Of a stretch of DNA of 64,000 nt, positions 32,930-44,400 are shown in pieces (within the stretch, counting starts at the first letter, position 1; the number at the start of each line of letters is the position of its first letter). Source of the DNA: Podospora anserina (Eukaryota); NCBI GenBank assembly GCA_017654855.1, contig CM030332.1, forward strand, positions 4,898,001 to 4,962,000, read 5' to 3'. The translations under genes were made by a program, and so were the position numbers. The notes below the pieces were generated by a model. The model had not been told where the DNA came from. It made no database searches and worked only from the letters and a program-made list of their open reading frames with translations.

Positions 32930-34684
32930 TTAGTTGGGGAGAGTGTCGATGGGGTCGTAGTACTCGTAGACCTTGTTCTCCTTGTCGCGGCCCGTCACAG
33001 CCGGAGCCATGTAAGTCGATAGCCCTGTCTTGGGGTCATATGACTCGTACGAGCAGGCCAAACGCTTACCACCGCCGGCAGGAAGATCGACGACGAACTG
33101 AGGCATCATGAAACCCGCGATGGAGCCGCGGATGCGGGCCTCGAGGTCGAGAATGGTCTGCAGGGGTGTCCGCAGATGCTCAACTCTCTCCACCATGTCG
33201 CACTGGTAGACATAATACTGCGGCTGCGTCAGCAACGTTTGCTACATCACTTGCCACTGTGCATATACAGCTTGGCCATATCAGCAAGGAATTACCCACA
33301 GGGAAGACCTTGTTGTCGGCAAGATCACGGATCAGCTTCGACATAGTGTCGACATCGTCGTTCACGCCCCGCAGAAGCACTGTCTGGTTTCGGACCATGA
33401 CGCCTTCCTCAAACAACTTCTGACTAGCATCTTTGCTGATCCACGAGATCTCGTTGGGGTGGTTGAAGTGAGTGTGCCAGGCAACAGCTTTTCCAGCCTT
33501 CTTGGCCTTGTTGGATATGTCGATGAGGGCATTGACCCAACCGTCCGACTCGTCCAGGATACGGCTCGGGGCTACCGCCAGTCCCTTGGAGGCAAAGCGG
33601 AAGCGCTTGATGTTGGGCATGCCAATCAGCCTGTCGCCAATCATTCTGAGCTGATCCGGTTGCAGGTAGTAAGAGTCGCCTCCAGAGACGACAATATCCT
33701 GCAGGGCGGGCGTGTTCTCGATGTACGCGAAGGCCTCCTCCCATCTCCTGCGGGTCGGCTTCAGAGATGCCTTGGTGACAGTGTCCGTATCGGCTCCCAC
33801 AGCGTAGGACCGCGTGCAGAACATGCAATAAGTTGGGCACACCGAGGTTGCTAGCGGCTTGTCAGCGGGCCACTTTCTACACACAAAACATCGACAAACT
33901 CACGCAGGAAGAGGGCCTTGTCGCTATACCGATGAACAAGGCCCTTGACGGGGGAGTCGGCCTCCTCGTGAAGCGAGTCAAGCGCCAACTTGGGATGATC
34001 GGGAATGAGCACCGACTTGAGAGGAAGAAACTGGCGAATGATGGGGTCGTGCCGGGGGTTCTCCCAGTTGACCCGACTCAAGATGTACGGACTGAAGCTC
34101 TTGGTTAACATCCCTGGACTTTCAACAGGTTTGCGGTCAACTCACGTCATTCGTATGGCCATCGTTGCAGCAGCCACACCCTCCATAACATCCGCGATGA
34201 ACTCATCGCGAGACTGCATCTGCGTGCCCAGCTCATTCAGAGGCACTTCTTCCGGGACGACAGCCTGCAGAAACTTGAACAGCTTGGCTGTGCCCTGCAC
34301 AGTATTGGCAACCTAGGGGACATTGTGTATAAGCTCATGGCCGTGTACCGACAAAAGGAAAGTTGATGGCACCAGACTTACGCTCCAACGATATGAGAGA
34401 AAGTCCTTGGCCGACACATTCTCCCAAACAGGTACCTCGCGCCAGAACTCATCCCTGTCTTGGGGAAGCGCGGTGGCAACGGGGCGTACGATTGGAGCAG
34501 GAGTCGTGCTCTTGGCCGCACTCTTTCTGTTCATAAAGAGGGGAATTCTGCTGGTGGTAGTCTCAAGGCCTTTGCCTACATCGGCGACTTGGGCCTGGCG
34601 ATGGGGCACTGCTGTGACTGTGCGAGCCAAGGCAGGGGCGCGGAGGCAGACGGAAGGCCCGTGGCGAGACAGCAAGGACACCAT
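32930..34684 (-). CDS. kamA: L-lysine 2,3-aminomutase (KamA family radical SAM/PLP enzyme) with a probable mitochondrial presequence; exons 34684-34382, 34312-34146, 34091-33904, 33850-33300, 33217-32930
   Basis: MTPYILSRV..DPIIRQFLP, GLVHRYSDKALFL, CPTYCMFCTR (CxxxCxxC), VVSGGD, HFNHPNEI, NQTVLLRGVNDD, PYYVYQCD, VVDLPAGGGK (PLP lysine); four canonical introns. Confidence 0.95.
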
Positions 34685-36021
34685 GTTGATGGCCGGGCTG
34701 ATGAGAATATCGAAAGGCTTCTCGGTCGGCGGTTGTGAAGGAGATGTGGTTTGATTTGGGTGATCTCGAGTGTCGACTGGTAAGATATCCTATCCTCTTG
34801 CCTTGTTTCTGAGAGGAAGTGGGGGATATTGAGGCCGGGGAACAGCAAGTGCTACTTATACTCCCCGTCCAGAGCCTCAGATAGGATGGTGTGGTGACAA
34901 TACAGATGAGAGTGAATTATCCAGGTGGGTCGGGTTTCACACGGTGTCGTTGCTCTCCGCCGTCACACTATTCACTATACATGAGCAACTCAATATTCTC
35001 TGTTGAGGCGACCGAGTAAATTGACTGGTGCTCTGTGCGAGCTTCTCCTAGCAGGCACGGTGAAGCAGATTGTCCTATTATTCGCCTGATGCTCTTTCCC
35101 TCACGAGATGGTTAGCAGCCCACTCTACCCCAACGAAGTTGCGTGCCTCGGGACCGACGCACTCACCAGCTGACCGCCAGCCTGCTTGATGTTTCAAAGT
35201 TGGAGTATATATAGCCTTGGACGGTCGAGAGTCAGGAGGTTGGGCCGCACTATTCAGGATATTTGCCGCAAGTCTTAATCCCGTGTTCTTGCGATGCTCT
35301 CTCCCACTGTTTTTACAGCTCAACAATCACAAAGGACTTTGAGAATGGGCCTCTCAGATACCGTGACACTGAATCTCGCTGTCAGGTAGGACCTCTTTCT
35401 CACCAGATCTCCAGGTTTTGCTGGCCGGAATGCAGCAAGGGTTGCTTAACACCTTCCCATCCCAGACTCTCATCCAATATCTGCCCCAACGCCCCACTAC
35501 GGAGTGGTGTCAGTATGAAGAAGTGAGCGCGGGATATGCTCCTGATGGTGGGGGACAACATGCCTTGGGAGAGCGAGCCCAGGCCAGGTTTTCTCACTGT
35601 GCTCTTGGTGAAAACTGAGGCTCCTGCGGTGTATAAACACACCTCGACGCCGGTTGACCGTTGGGATCTTCGTCTCTAGACCGGAGCTAACGCGACTTGA
35701 GCACCAATCTGAGTCGGGTTTGATCGGTTTGATCCAGGGGCAGAATTTCGTCACCGTTGAGCCAGATTGTTCGCCGAGTTTTGAGTTTGTTGCCCTGCAG
35801 CTACGACCCTCATATACTTTTCCGGCCATGATGTTCGATCCGAGAGGCTCCAACACCACGACACCGCCAGCGGAAGAAACCAAGATGAAGTATGGGGACC
35901 CAATCCTGCATGCATGCAAGTAGGAGATTCAAGCGTTTAAGAAAGTGAGATCTGACAGACCCCTTGCTTCAGACATCAAGATCGTCAGTCGGCTTCGGCT
36001 CTTGCTGAAAAGCCACCGCAG

Positions 36022-37610
36022 ATGGCAACACCGGCAACCAGGGACTTGGAGTATGCAGATGTCGTTTTGGCTGCATGTCCGCCCAACGGATCGGCGCCAC
36101 AGGCCGAGATGGATCGGGGTTGGCGGCCATGGAAGGTCGTGATAGGCTCTTACTGTCTATCGGTGGCCGTTTACGGACTGTTGAGCACCATCGGTCTCTT
36201 TCAGACACACTGGAAAGAAGACATGCTCAAGGAATACACAGACAGCGAGATCTCGTGGATCATATCCATGTTTGGCTTTCTGGACTGCTTCGTAGCGGCC
36301 CCGGCAGGCATTGTATTCGACCGATATGGTTCAAGGTGGGTCTTGGCGGTCAACAGCATGGCATATCTTGCGTCCTTCGTAGGTCTGGCTTTCTCGTCAA
36401 CCTATAGCGAGCTGATGGGTTGCATGGTGGTGGCAGGAGTCTCATCTGGTACGTGGCTCATCAGAAGCAAGTTTGGGAGTAGCAACATACGCGGGCTAAC
36501 ATGAGCGGTGTAGCAACTATCACGACAGTCGCCTTTGCAGTCGTGAGCCATTGGTTCAAAGAGAAGGCCGGCCTCGCCACGGGGTGCGTGACCGTCAGTG
36601 CGGCATTGGGCGGAATGTTCTTCTCACTTGTGCTCCAGAGTCTGTTTGACCGGCTGCAATGGAGGGATGCAGCCTTGATCTTGACTCTCATCCTGGCCGT
36701 GTTTGTCACGTTGGGCAATCTGCTCGTTGAGATCAACCTACCGCCGCAATCTAAGACGCAGGGAGAGCAAAGGACGGCAGGAGAAACGGAGATCTCCCGG
36801 AAGGCATGCGGCACATGGCAGTCGATACTGGGGATCATCCAAAACCCCAAATTTTGGCTCATTACTTATGCCATATTCGGTGAGTGACCTTGGTGGTCCA
36901 GAAAGACGTCGACTGGGCAATACTAACTCAGACATTTGTGCGCAGCATACGAACTTGTCCTCTTCATCCAATGGGGGTCGATCCCCCCTTACGCCGTGGC
37001 GACCAACTTTGGGGAGAAGCAGTTCTACCTCATGATGTCGTACAACATTGGCGCTGCATTTGGGAGAATCTTGCCACCGTTTGTGTCCGATAGGTTGCTT
37101 GGTCCGCTGAACACAACCATAGCCATGAACATTTTCACATTGACAGCGGTACTTGCCATCTGGCTGCCGGCGGGAGCGAGTTCCATCGACATGCTCTATC
37201 TGGTGGTTGTTCTTATGGGCATCGGCACAGGAAGCTTTGTGCCTCTAGGCGGTAGGATTTCAGGAAACATATTCCTGGCTTGAAGACTTGCTGACGTTTC
37301 AGTCGTGTAGTGGCTTGCATGGGTGCTCTTTGTAAGCCTCAAGACATGGGGAAATGGCTAGGCTTCGCCTATGCAATTTCGGGGTTTGCGTAAGTTCTCC
37401 AGATTTTTCTGATCACTTATCTCTCTATACTGAACAAAACCTCTCAGGACTTTGATAGGGAACCCCGCAACCGGAGCGATCCTTGACAGACACGGATCTA
37501 ATGGCCTCGTGGCGTTCCTCGCAGCAGTTCTCGCTTCTGGCCTGATCAGCATAGGTATCCTCCGATGGCAGTGCAATGGCCGGCGTTGGTTGGTGATGGG
37601 CAAGATCTGA
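36022..37610 (+). CDS. MFS transporter, monocarboxylate-permease-like (MCT/Mch family); exons 36022-36448, 36514-36879, 36946-37251, 37311-37389, 37448-37610
   Basis: GLFQTHW..EISWIIS, GIVFDRYGSR (motif A), SHWFKEKAGLATG, GRILPPFVSDRLLG, LIGNPATGAIL; many hydrophobic segments; four GT..AG introns. Confidence 0.9.
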
Positions 37611-40080
37611 TGTCGGTTTACCTGGTTGGCTATGCCCTCGTGATGGGTAACACAGCAGGACGGGGAAGGGGAGGGGGGTGGTTGCCCGGTAGAGGTGGGA
37701 CCGAACACCAGAATCTCGTTAGTTAGTAACAATATCTAACTTTTGGGATCTGAGATCTGGACTGCTCATCAATGTAACAAAAGTCAAGGTAGGGAGAGAG
37801 GTTTATTTTTGAGACTGACTTTGTGTCTATGGGTAACAGGATGACAGCGCGGGTAAGGAGAGACAGAAGTGAGACAGACCCACGGGAATTGGACAACTGA
37901 CACCGGAGAATGTCGACCCGATTCTCCGACTTGTAGTTATCTGCGCAAATTCACACCGGAAGACGGGGGGGCTTTTCGACTACAACACCACCACAGCAAG
38001 CGCCCCTCAAAAGTGTACGACTGCTTCGCCGGGTTACGCAAGATCCAGATACCCGGTTTGGAACCATGTAGTTTGCTGGTACGCCTCTCTCAACCTCTCA
38101 TTTCTTGCGCAGCTTTTATTTCCCGGAAAATTTTATGACAGATCGGAAATCAGAAATCTGAGGAGTACATACAGCTAGGAAACTATCCGTGAGATGGGGA
38201 CGGGAGCTAATCACCCGTTTTATATGGGGGGGGGGGTTTTGGGGAGCGGTTGGGGGGGAACGAGCGGCTAGCCCCGGAATTTTCGTTTCTCGGAGATGTC
38301 ACAATCGGTTTTGTTGTTGCTAGAGGCCGCAGCGGTACTATACACCACCATCTTTCCCTCTTTTTTCTCCCGCATCCACCTTGACATCGGGACCTGGCAT
38401 GATCTTGGGGGGTACAAGTGGTGGGGAGGAGGGTGGTATGCCTATTGTAACGAAGATCGAGTGGAGGAGATCGAGATGGTTGGTTCGTGGATGGGGTGGG
38501 ACAAAGATGTAACCCGTCCGTCTTTTCTGCCCGGTTACCTATGAGAAGGTGTGATGAGTGCAAGTGTACCCAGAAAAGCGAACCGGACATAATTATTGCG
38601 TTTGTGGTGATGATGGTTCAGCTAGTATTGGAACGCCATCGACGTATATACGAGATGTCTCTGGTACTTTACACACACAAGCAGACGCATGGAGTTTATT
38701 GACAGCCTTACTTCTGTTATCGTGTGTCCGAGGATCGGGAGGGGGAGCTAGATATGCTCGCAGCCTTGCCGTTGGTTAGACAGGACATCTCTTTTTTGGC
38801 TCCTCCTCCCTCTCACGTTTAACGCTTGTTTTTTTTTCTTTTTCTTTCAGGGAGAATACCCATCAAAAGCCTGGCTGATGGCATAAACTATCATTATGCC
38901 AAATAATATCATGCAGCAAGAAATACCAGGTAGTGGCATGATCGTGCTTGTAGCAGATACGATCCCGCGGCTTTTCGGAGATCGACACTGTCATCGGTGG
39001 GAAGAAGCAAAAAGAAAAAAAAGAAAAAAGGAAGAAAAAAAAGAGCAAAAATTTGACAATCCCATATCATGATGAATGTTGGCATCGATCGTACCAGATG
39101 ATGCGTGGTTGGTTTAGGGGGGGTTGGCGGTGAGAAATACATGCCGTAGTGGCATTCATGTCTTTGAGCTTGGGCTTTGAGGGGTGTTGATCTTTTGGAT
39201 GTTATCGCCTCCGCTCTACCGTCAGGCCGCTGTCGTTGGTCCGTAATGTTTTGGAATATTGCTGTAAAACCTGCAAGTTGAGACCGGGGAATTTTTGGGT
39301 ATTGATATGACGGAAGCGCACCAGTCAGATGGCAAGGGCAGATGGCCGGGCCAGTCAAAGATAATAAGCGAAAGATCCAGACAGAGAAAAGAAAGGTGTG
39401 ACTTGCGATCTTCCGAGAACACTGATGGTTTGTTATGTGTGTCTCGGTTGAGCAGTTATCCGGAAGAGGGACGGGGTGATTTTGAACTGACAGCTGGGCG
39501 GGTGTTCTAAATAGGACATTGGACTTACACGAGGCTGTAGGATTCTTACATCCGAGACAAGGCGGAGGTATCATGCCCAACGGGCGGAGAGATATCCCTC
39601 TATGCTGAGCTTGTGATGGGCGGAATTAAAAGCACTTCGCAAAAGATAGGAAGAGGAAGAGGCATACGTCGAGATTGAGCCGGTTTGGACACGACTTCAA
39701 TCTCCCATGTAGCTGCACACCCGGCGCTCTGTGAAGACTCTGGGTGCATTACCAAACACCCGAAGAGATGGACAAAAGAAAACTTATGAACCGAAGCTTC
39801 TCCTTCACCTCATGTCTGACGGGGAGTGAGCCACCCACAACGCCAGGTGAAATGTGGTGTGGGATAAGTCGTGCTTGCCAGGACCATGAGCGCAGGTGCC
39901 ATCCGTAACCGACATCTAATCCTCTCTTGTGATCTCATTCCACAGGCTCACTCCATAACACCCCCTTCAACAACAGAAAAGCAAAGGCAACCCAGACTCA
40001 AAACAGGTCTCCAAGAAGCACACAAGTCACCACGAGCACTGAGCCAACTGGAGTTCGTTCACATAGAATCCCATTTGTTC

Positions 40081-40875
40081 CTACGGTTCCAATGTCTGCT
40101 CTACTATCTGGGATGTCAGGTGATACGAGACTATTACTTCCATTGTGCCAAAGTCAACAACATGAACTAGATCCTTTCCTTCCGGAAAGCTATCGCCCAT
40201 CGGCTCCTTGCCAAGTAAAAAAGGGAGGACCTTCCTCCAAAGGTCACCATGGGTTTCTGTCGGTAGCTCCATCCCGGTGACGATATGAACCGCGTTCACA
40301 AGTGTAAATACGCCACAATCGTGCTTGTCTGCTTGGGGTGCGCACTTTCCGACCTCTACTGACCATTCAGTTCCTAGTTCATGCTGGCCGATGAAATGAT
40401 CGATCGGCCTCGTGGCAGAGCCATGGTACAACTGGGAAGCAGAAGAATCGTATATAACGGCCTTGTGGGTGTCTTTTGTCCAAGTGTCCCAGAACCCAGT
40501 GCTCGTTTCGAATGTTAATGGCCACCAAGATATTTGCCTCTGGGCTCTTGGAGCCTGACGGGGTGTGAAGCTTCCCAAAATATTTGCCGTCATCCTCGAC
40601 GAGAACGGGGTCGATGGTCGAAAGTCGGGCCCACAAAGTACCAGAGGTGTCAGAACATCATGGATGGCCTTGTCATCCAACCAACGACCATCTGACCAAC
40701 AATCTGAGCAATTGTCATTGCGCTATGGCTCTGGACAATGTGGTTTGTTTTCTTCGCCTTTATCATTGGTGACCGTGACCGGCAGTTTCCGCTTCAATCC
40801 CCCTTGGTTGGAAGCGGCTGAAAATTCGAGTTCGTCTGTTACCTCATTGTTAGATAAACTGTCATAAGCACTCAT
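40081..40875 (-). pseudogene. Disrupted Ulp1/peptidase C48 (SUMO-protease-like) gene
   Basis: RWLDDKAI..., then in another frame STIDP..INIRNEHWVLGHLD, back in frame AVIYDS..PQADKHDCGVFTLVNA (His/Asp/Cys triad motifs); in-frame TAG at 40725-40723 and two frameshifts near 40620 and 40475. Confidence 0.75.
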
Positions 40876-41291
40876 CGGGGCTTTAGGATGTGCAAACTAA
40901 TCTGGCAAGTCCACGTTGCTGAGCGGCCCAGTTGGACGTTTGGTCGCAATGTCCCCGCTTAGAGCCATCTTGTCGTTTGTCGTTGGGGCCGTCTCTTGCC
41001 AGTCGGTCATTGCCCACGGGAGTGTCGAAAAGTAGACTGCCTGGCAGCAAGAAAGGAGATGTCGATGATTTGGTAGAGTCGGGGTGGAGGTATGCGTCAC
41101 CTCTGCTTCTGAAGCAGGTGCGGATCGAGGTACCACCATCGCAGGTGGGCAACGTACCTGCCGACAGAAGCAACTATCACTTTGTTAAGCTGATGGAAGG
41201 CAGGAACGACCTCACCTCCCCATCCAGTCCGAGCTCCGCTCTGAAGAAGCCTCAGGCTCGGCTTTAACCCATCTATCAGCGGCTGGAAAGA

Positions 41292-41455
41292 TTGTCAACA
41301 CACCTCTCGACTATCTTAAACCACCCCCAAGCTATCTTTAAAGACCTATGATATATATTCAAGAGCCCTTTATTATTCTTAAACGGCCTATTAAGTATTT
41401 TGGGAGGCCTTGGGCTATCTTTGAAGGCCTTGAATTATTTTAAGGCCCTGAACTA
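41292..41455. repeat. About 8 degenerate 20-21-nt AT-rich tandem units resembling the CPA2 intron array
   Basis: atcttaaaccacccccaagct / atctttaaagacctatgatat / atattcaagagccctttatta / ttcttaaacggcctattaagt / attttgggaggccttgggct / atctttgaaggccttgaatt / attttaaggccctgaact. Confidence 0.7.
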
Positions 41456-44400
41456 ATCAGCAGACCCAACTTCTCTGTTCGCGACGTGGCAGTATATTTG
41501 CTCTATGATAACATGCCCCCTTTCTGCCTGACACATGATCCGGGTGAAGAGGAAGCAGAGGAATGCCTGACCATCCTATCATGTGTGCAGGTCGACATAT
41601 CAAACGCTTACCAAGACTGAGCCCAAAGCATTGAGATTTACTTCCCCCACGTTTTCTGTTTCCATAAAATGGCCAAACAAATGCCACAACACCTTCAGCA
41701 CTGGAGGTAAACGGCATCTCAGATGTCCATCAAAAATTTCACCCAACCTGCGGCCCTCAGCGTCACCACGTTAGCACCTGCTTCGCCGTGACCTCGTTCA
41801 CTACACCAGCTTCTTTTGCTCAACCAGTAGCACTGAATCATTCCACACCTACTTTCCCTATTCTGGCTCCAACTGAGATATAACCGTCCATTACCCCCCT
41901 TTTAGCAAAACAAGAATACATCATGCACACCATCTCCCAGAGACGTCCCACTGTGTAACACAAATCCTTCAGCGCTTACTCTCTCTCTCCTCGACGCCAA
42001 CTGATAGTATATCAGCCACCCATCCGCATAACAGCATCTCTAGGCGGTAGCACAGGTACAACCAACTCATAATGTAAGTTGGCAGATAGCAGGAGGAGCC
42101 GGGCACCAACTCCGGATCCGGCACGGGGAAAGAAACTCCGGGCGGATTCTGAAACTGGAGACTCGGGACTCGGCGATGTTTTGTGCGAGAAGCACATGTT
42201 TTGAGACCGATGGCTGAATATTGTCCAACACACTCTCTCTTGTGGGTGTACCAGTGTGTGGGCTTGTGATGACATGGTGATGACAGCAGACAGCCCAGAC
42301 CAATCTCAACACATGTTTCATCAGTCGTGATACTAACATCTCACCTCCGGCTCCAAACATCTACCGAGCTTCTAGTCCCATCAAGCACCGAACGTCATTA
42401 TTTAGCCCCAATCAGTTGATGACGCACAGTAAGTCTTTCCTCCGTATATCCTCATGTGACGACAATGAGTAAGCAGCCCTCCCTCCCACAAGCCAAAACC
42501 AGCCCCATGAAACATCCCATTCTTCTCTATCACTTCCCAACTCGGACTTTATAAGGCTCAGTATTACTCAGCAGTATCACCACACCGGCATCACCACCCT
42601 AGATCGCGATCACTTTGTCTACTTTCTCACATCTCACCACCACCACCACCACCCACCCCCCCAATCCTCCCGTCTCATCCCAACTCTGCTCTCTGCTGCA
42701 CGCCGTTGTACATATATGTCAAACTATCGACAGCCCTACACACCATACCTACCCACCGTCCAACACACTAACACCAACATCCTCCCCACCCGTCACCATC
42801 CCCCCTCAGCGGCACGGCGCGGCACCGGCACCGGAAGACACCAGACAAACTTCGATGACACACATGCAGGTACACTCCCAAGCGGCTGCTCAAAAGGGGA
42901 ATAAACCGAACAACTCGGCACGTCAGCTATACACCTGCGGCACCTAGCGGCGCAAAGGGGCACAGCAACAGCAGCAACCGCCCCTTTCGTACTCACTGTT
43001 TTGCCCCTCCCCCGCCTTGTGTCTTCCCAATTGCCCCGCGGTGGATTTGTGTGAAAAAAAAAAAATCCGGATTGCGTACGCGTTATGCCGGTGGGTTGAC
43101 AGTTGGCTTTTGATCTGGGCTCCGGCAACGATGGGGTGGCGTATACGAGACACGAGACGTTGGTTTGTTCAGGTTTCATGACTTTGGTCTCCCCCACTGA
43201 ATAGACGTTGCGAGACGGTAGGTATGTAAATGTTGGTGATTTTTGGGATGGTGGTTGAGATGGGGTATAGCAGCGCCCCCCTCTCGTCATACCAGCCCTT
43301 AACGTACCTATGTCCTACCCTATCTCCCTGCGCTCATGTGGATGAAATGGGGCTGGCGGCGAATGCTGTGGAAGCCAAACAATGAAGCAATACCAATAAT
43401 GATCCGTATAGACGAATAGGTAAACTGCCGTTGACCCTACCGAGACGATAAACGTCTGTATCAGACGGACTAGGTAGGCATGCCGACAGTTGAGCTTATA
43501 CCGTTTAGCCTCCGTTCATCATGCCACAACTAGTCTTGATATCAGATCTGTGGCTGCCTGGCGGCTACTTGACCGTTTAGGAGGAGGTGAATTGAATGGC
43601 GGCTTGGCTTTCAGACTTTGGTTACTTGAACAAGACTCTCACGTGGCAGGCTTGAGGCCTTTCCCCCGTAAAGTCCCAAAGAAATGCATGATGATGAAAG
43701 ACGAAAAGGTAAACTGAAGTCCAACCCCCCGCCGTTGCAGAAACCTAACCACCCGAGTCCCGTAAGGTGGAAGTGAAAAGCCGCTCGGCTTCGTGAGACC
43801 TGGCCGTCAACTCGGACTTTTGAGAGTATCTTCTCGACTCAGTCGAGTTCAACAAAGTGAGTCTTGAGGCACGCATGATGACAGATAGACTGTGTGAAAG
43901 TAAAAGAGAAAGATATCGACTCAAACCGAGATGTCTTCACCCACCATCTGTCAAGACCAGGCCCAAAGACACCGAAATGCAAACGACGAGTAGAATGAAC
44001 AAAATCTGCCGAGGTGATCTCCAGATTTACCGCCCCGTCAAGACCCAACAACCGGCCGGTTGGCTGTGCATCTCCATCGTGGACCGGAAGGGGGGGGGGC
44101 CGAGATCACGGCCGGTCCCCCTCGGGAGGTCCGTCCATCAGTCATTACTCACAATGATCTCCCACTACAGCCCAGCGATAGCCATAAAGGTACTCTACTG
44201 GGCAGATCAGAGCCGCCTAAAAGCAACTCCCTTAGGGCTGGGGCTGGCACCGTGGATCCGTAGATCAACAACCATCACCCCTCGGTACAGTATAAATCAG
44301 AAAAGTTACCTCCTGCACGCCTCCGTCGCCTCCAAAAGGGCAGTGCTTGAAACAACAAGCAAGCAAGCATGTGAGCTCCAACGAGTCGTCGTCCCGAGTC

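Noticed and set aside
38226-38258. G-rich tract with G-quadruplex potential
   Set aside because: Such G/C homopolymer tracts are common across this window; no specific context.
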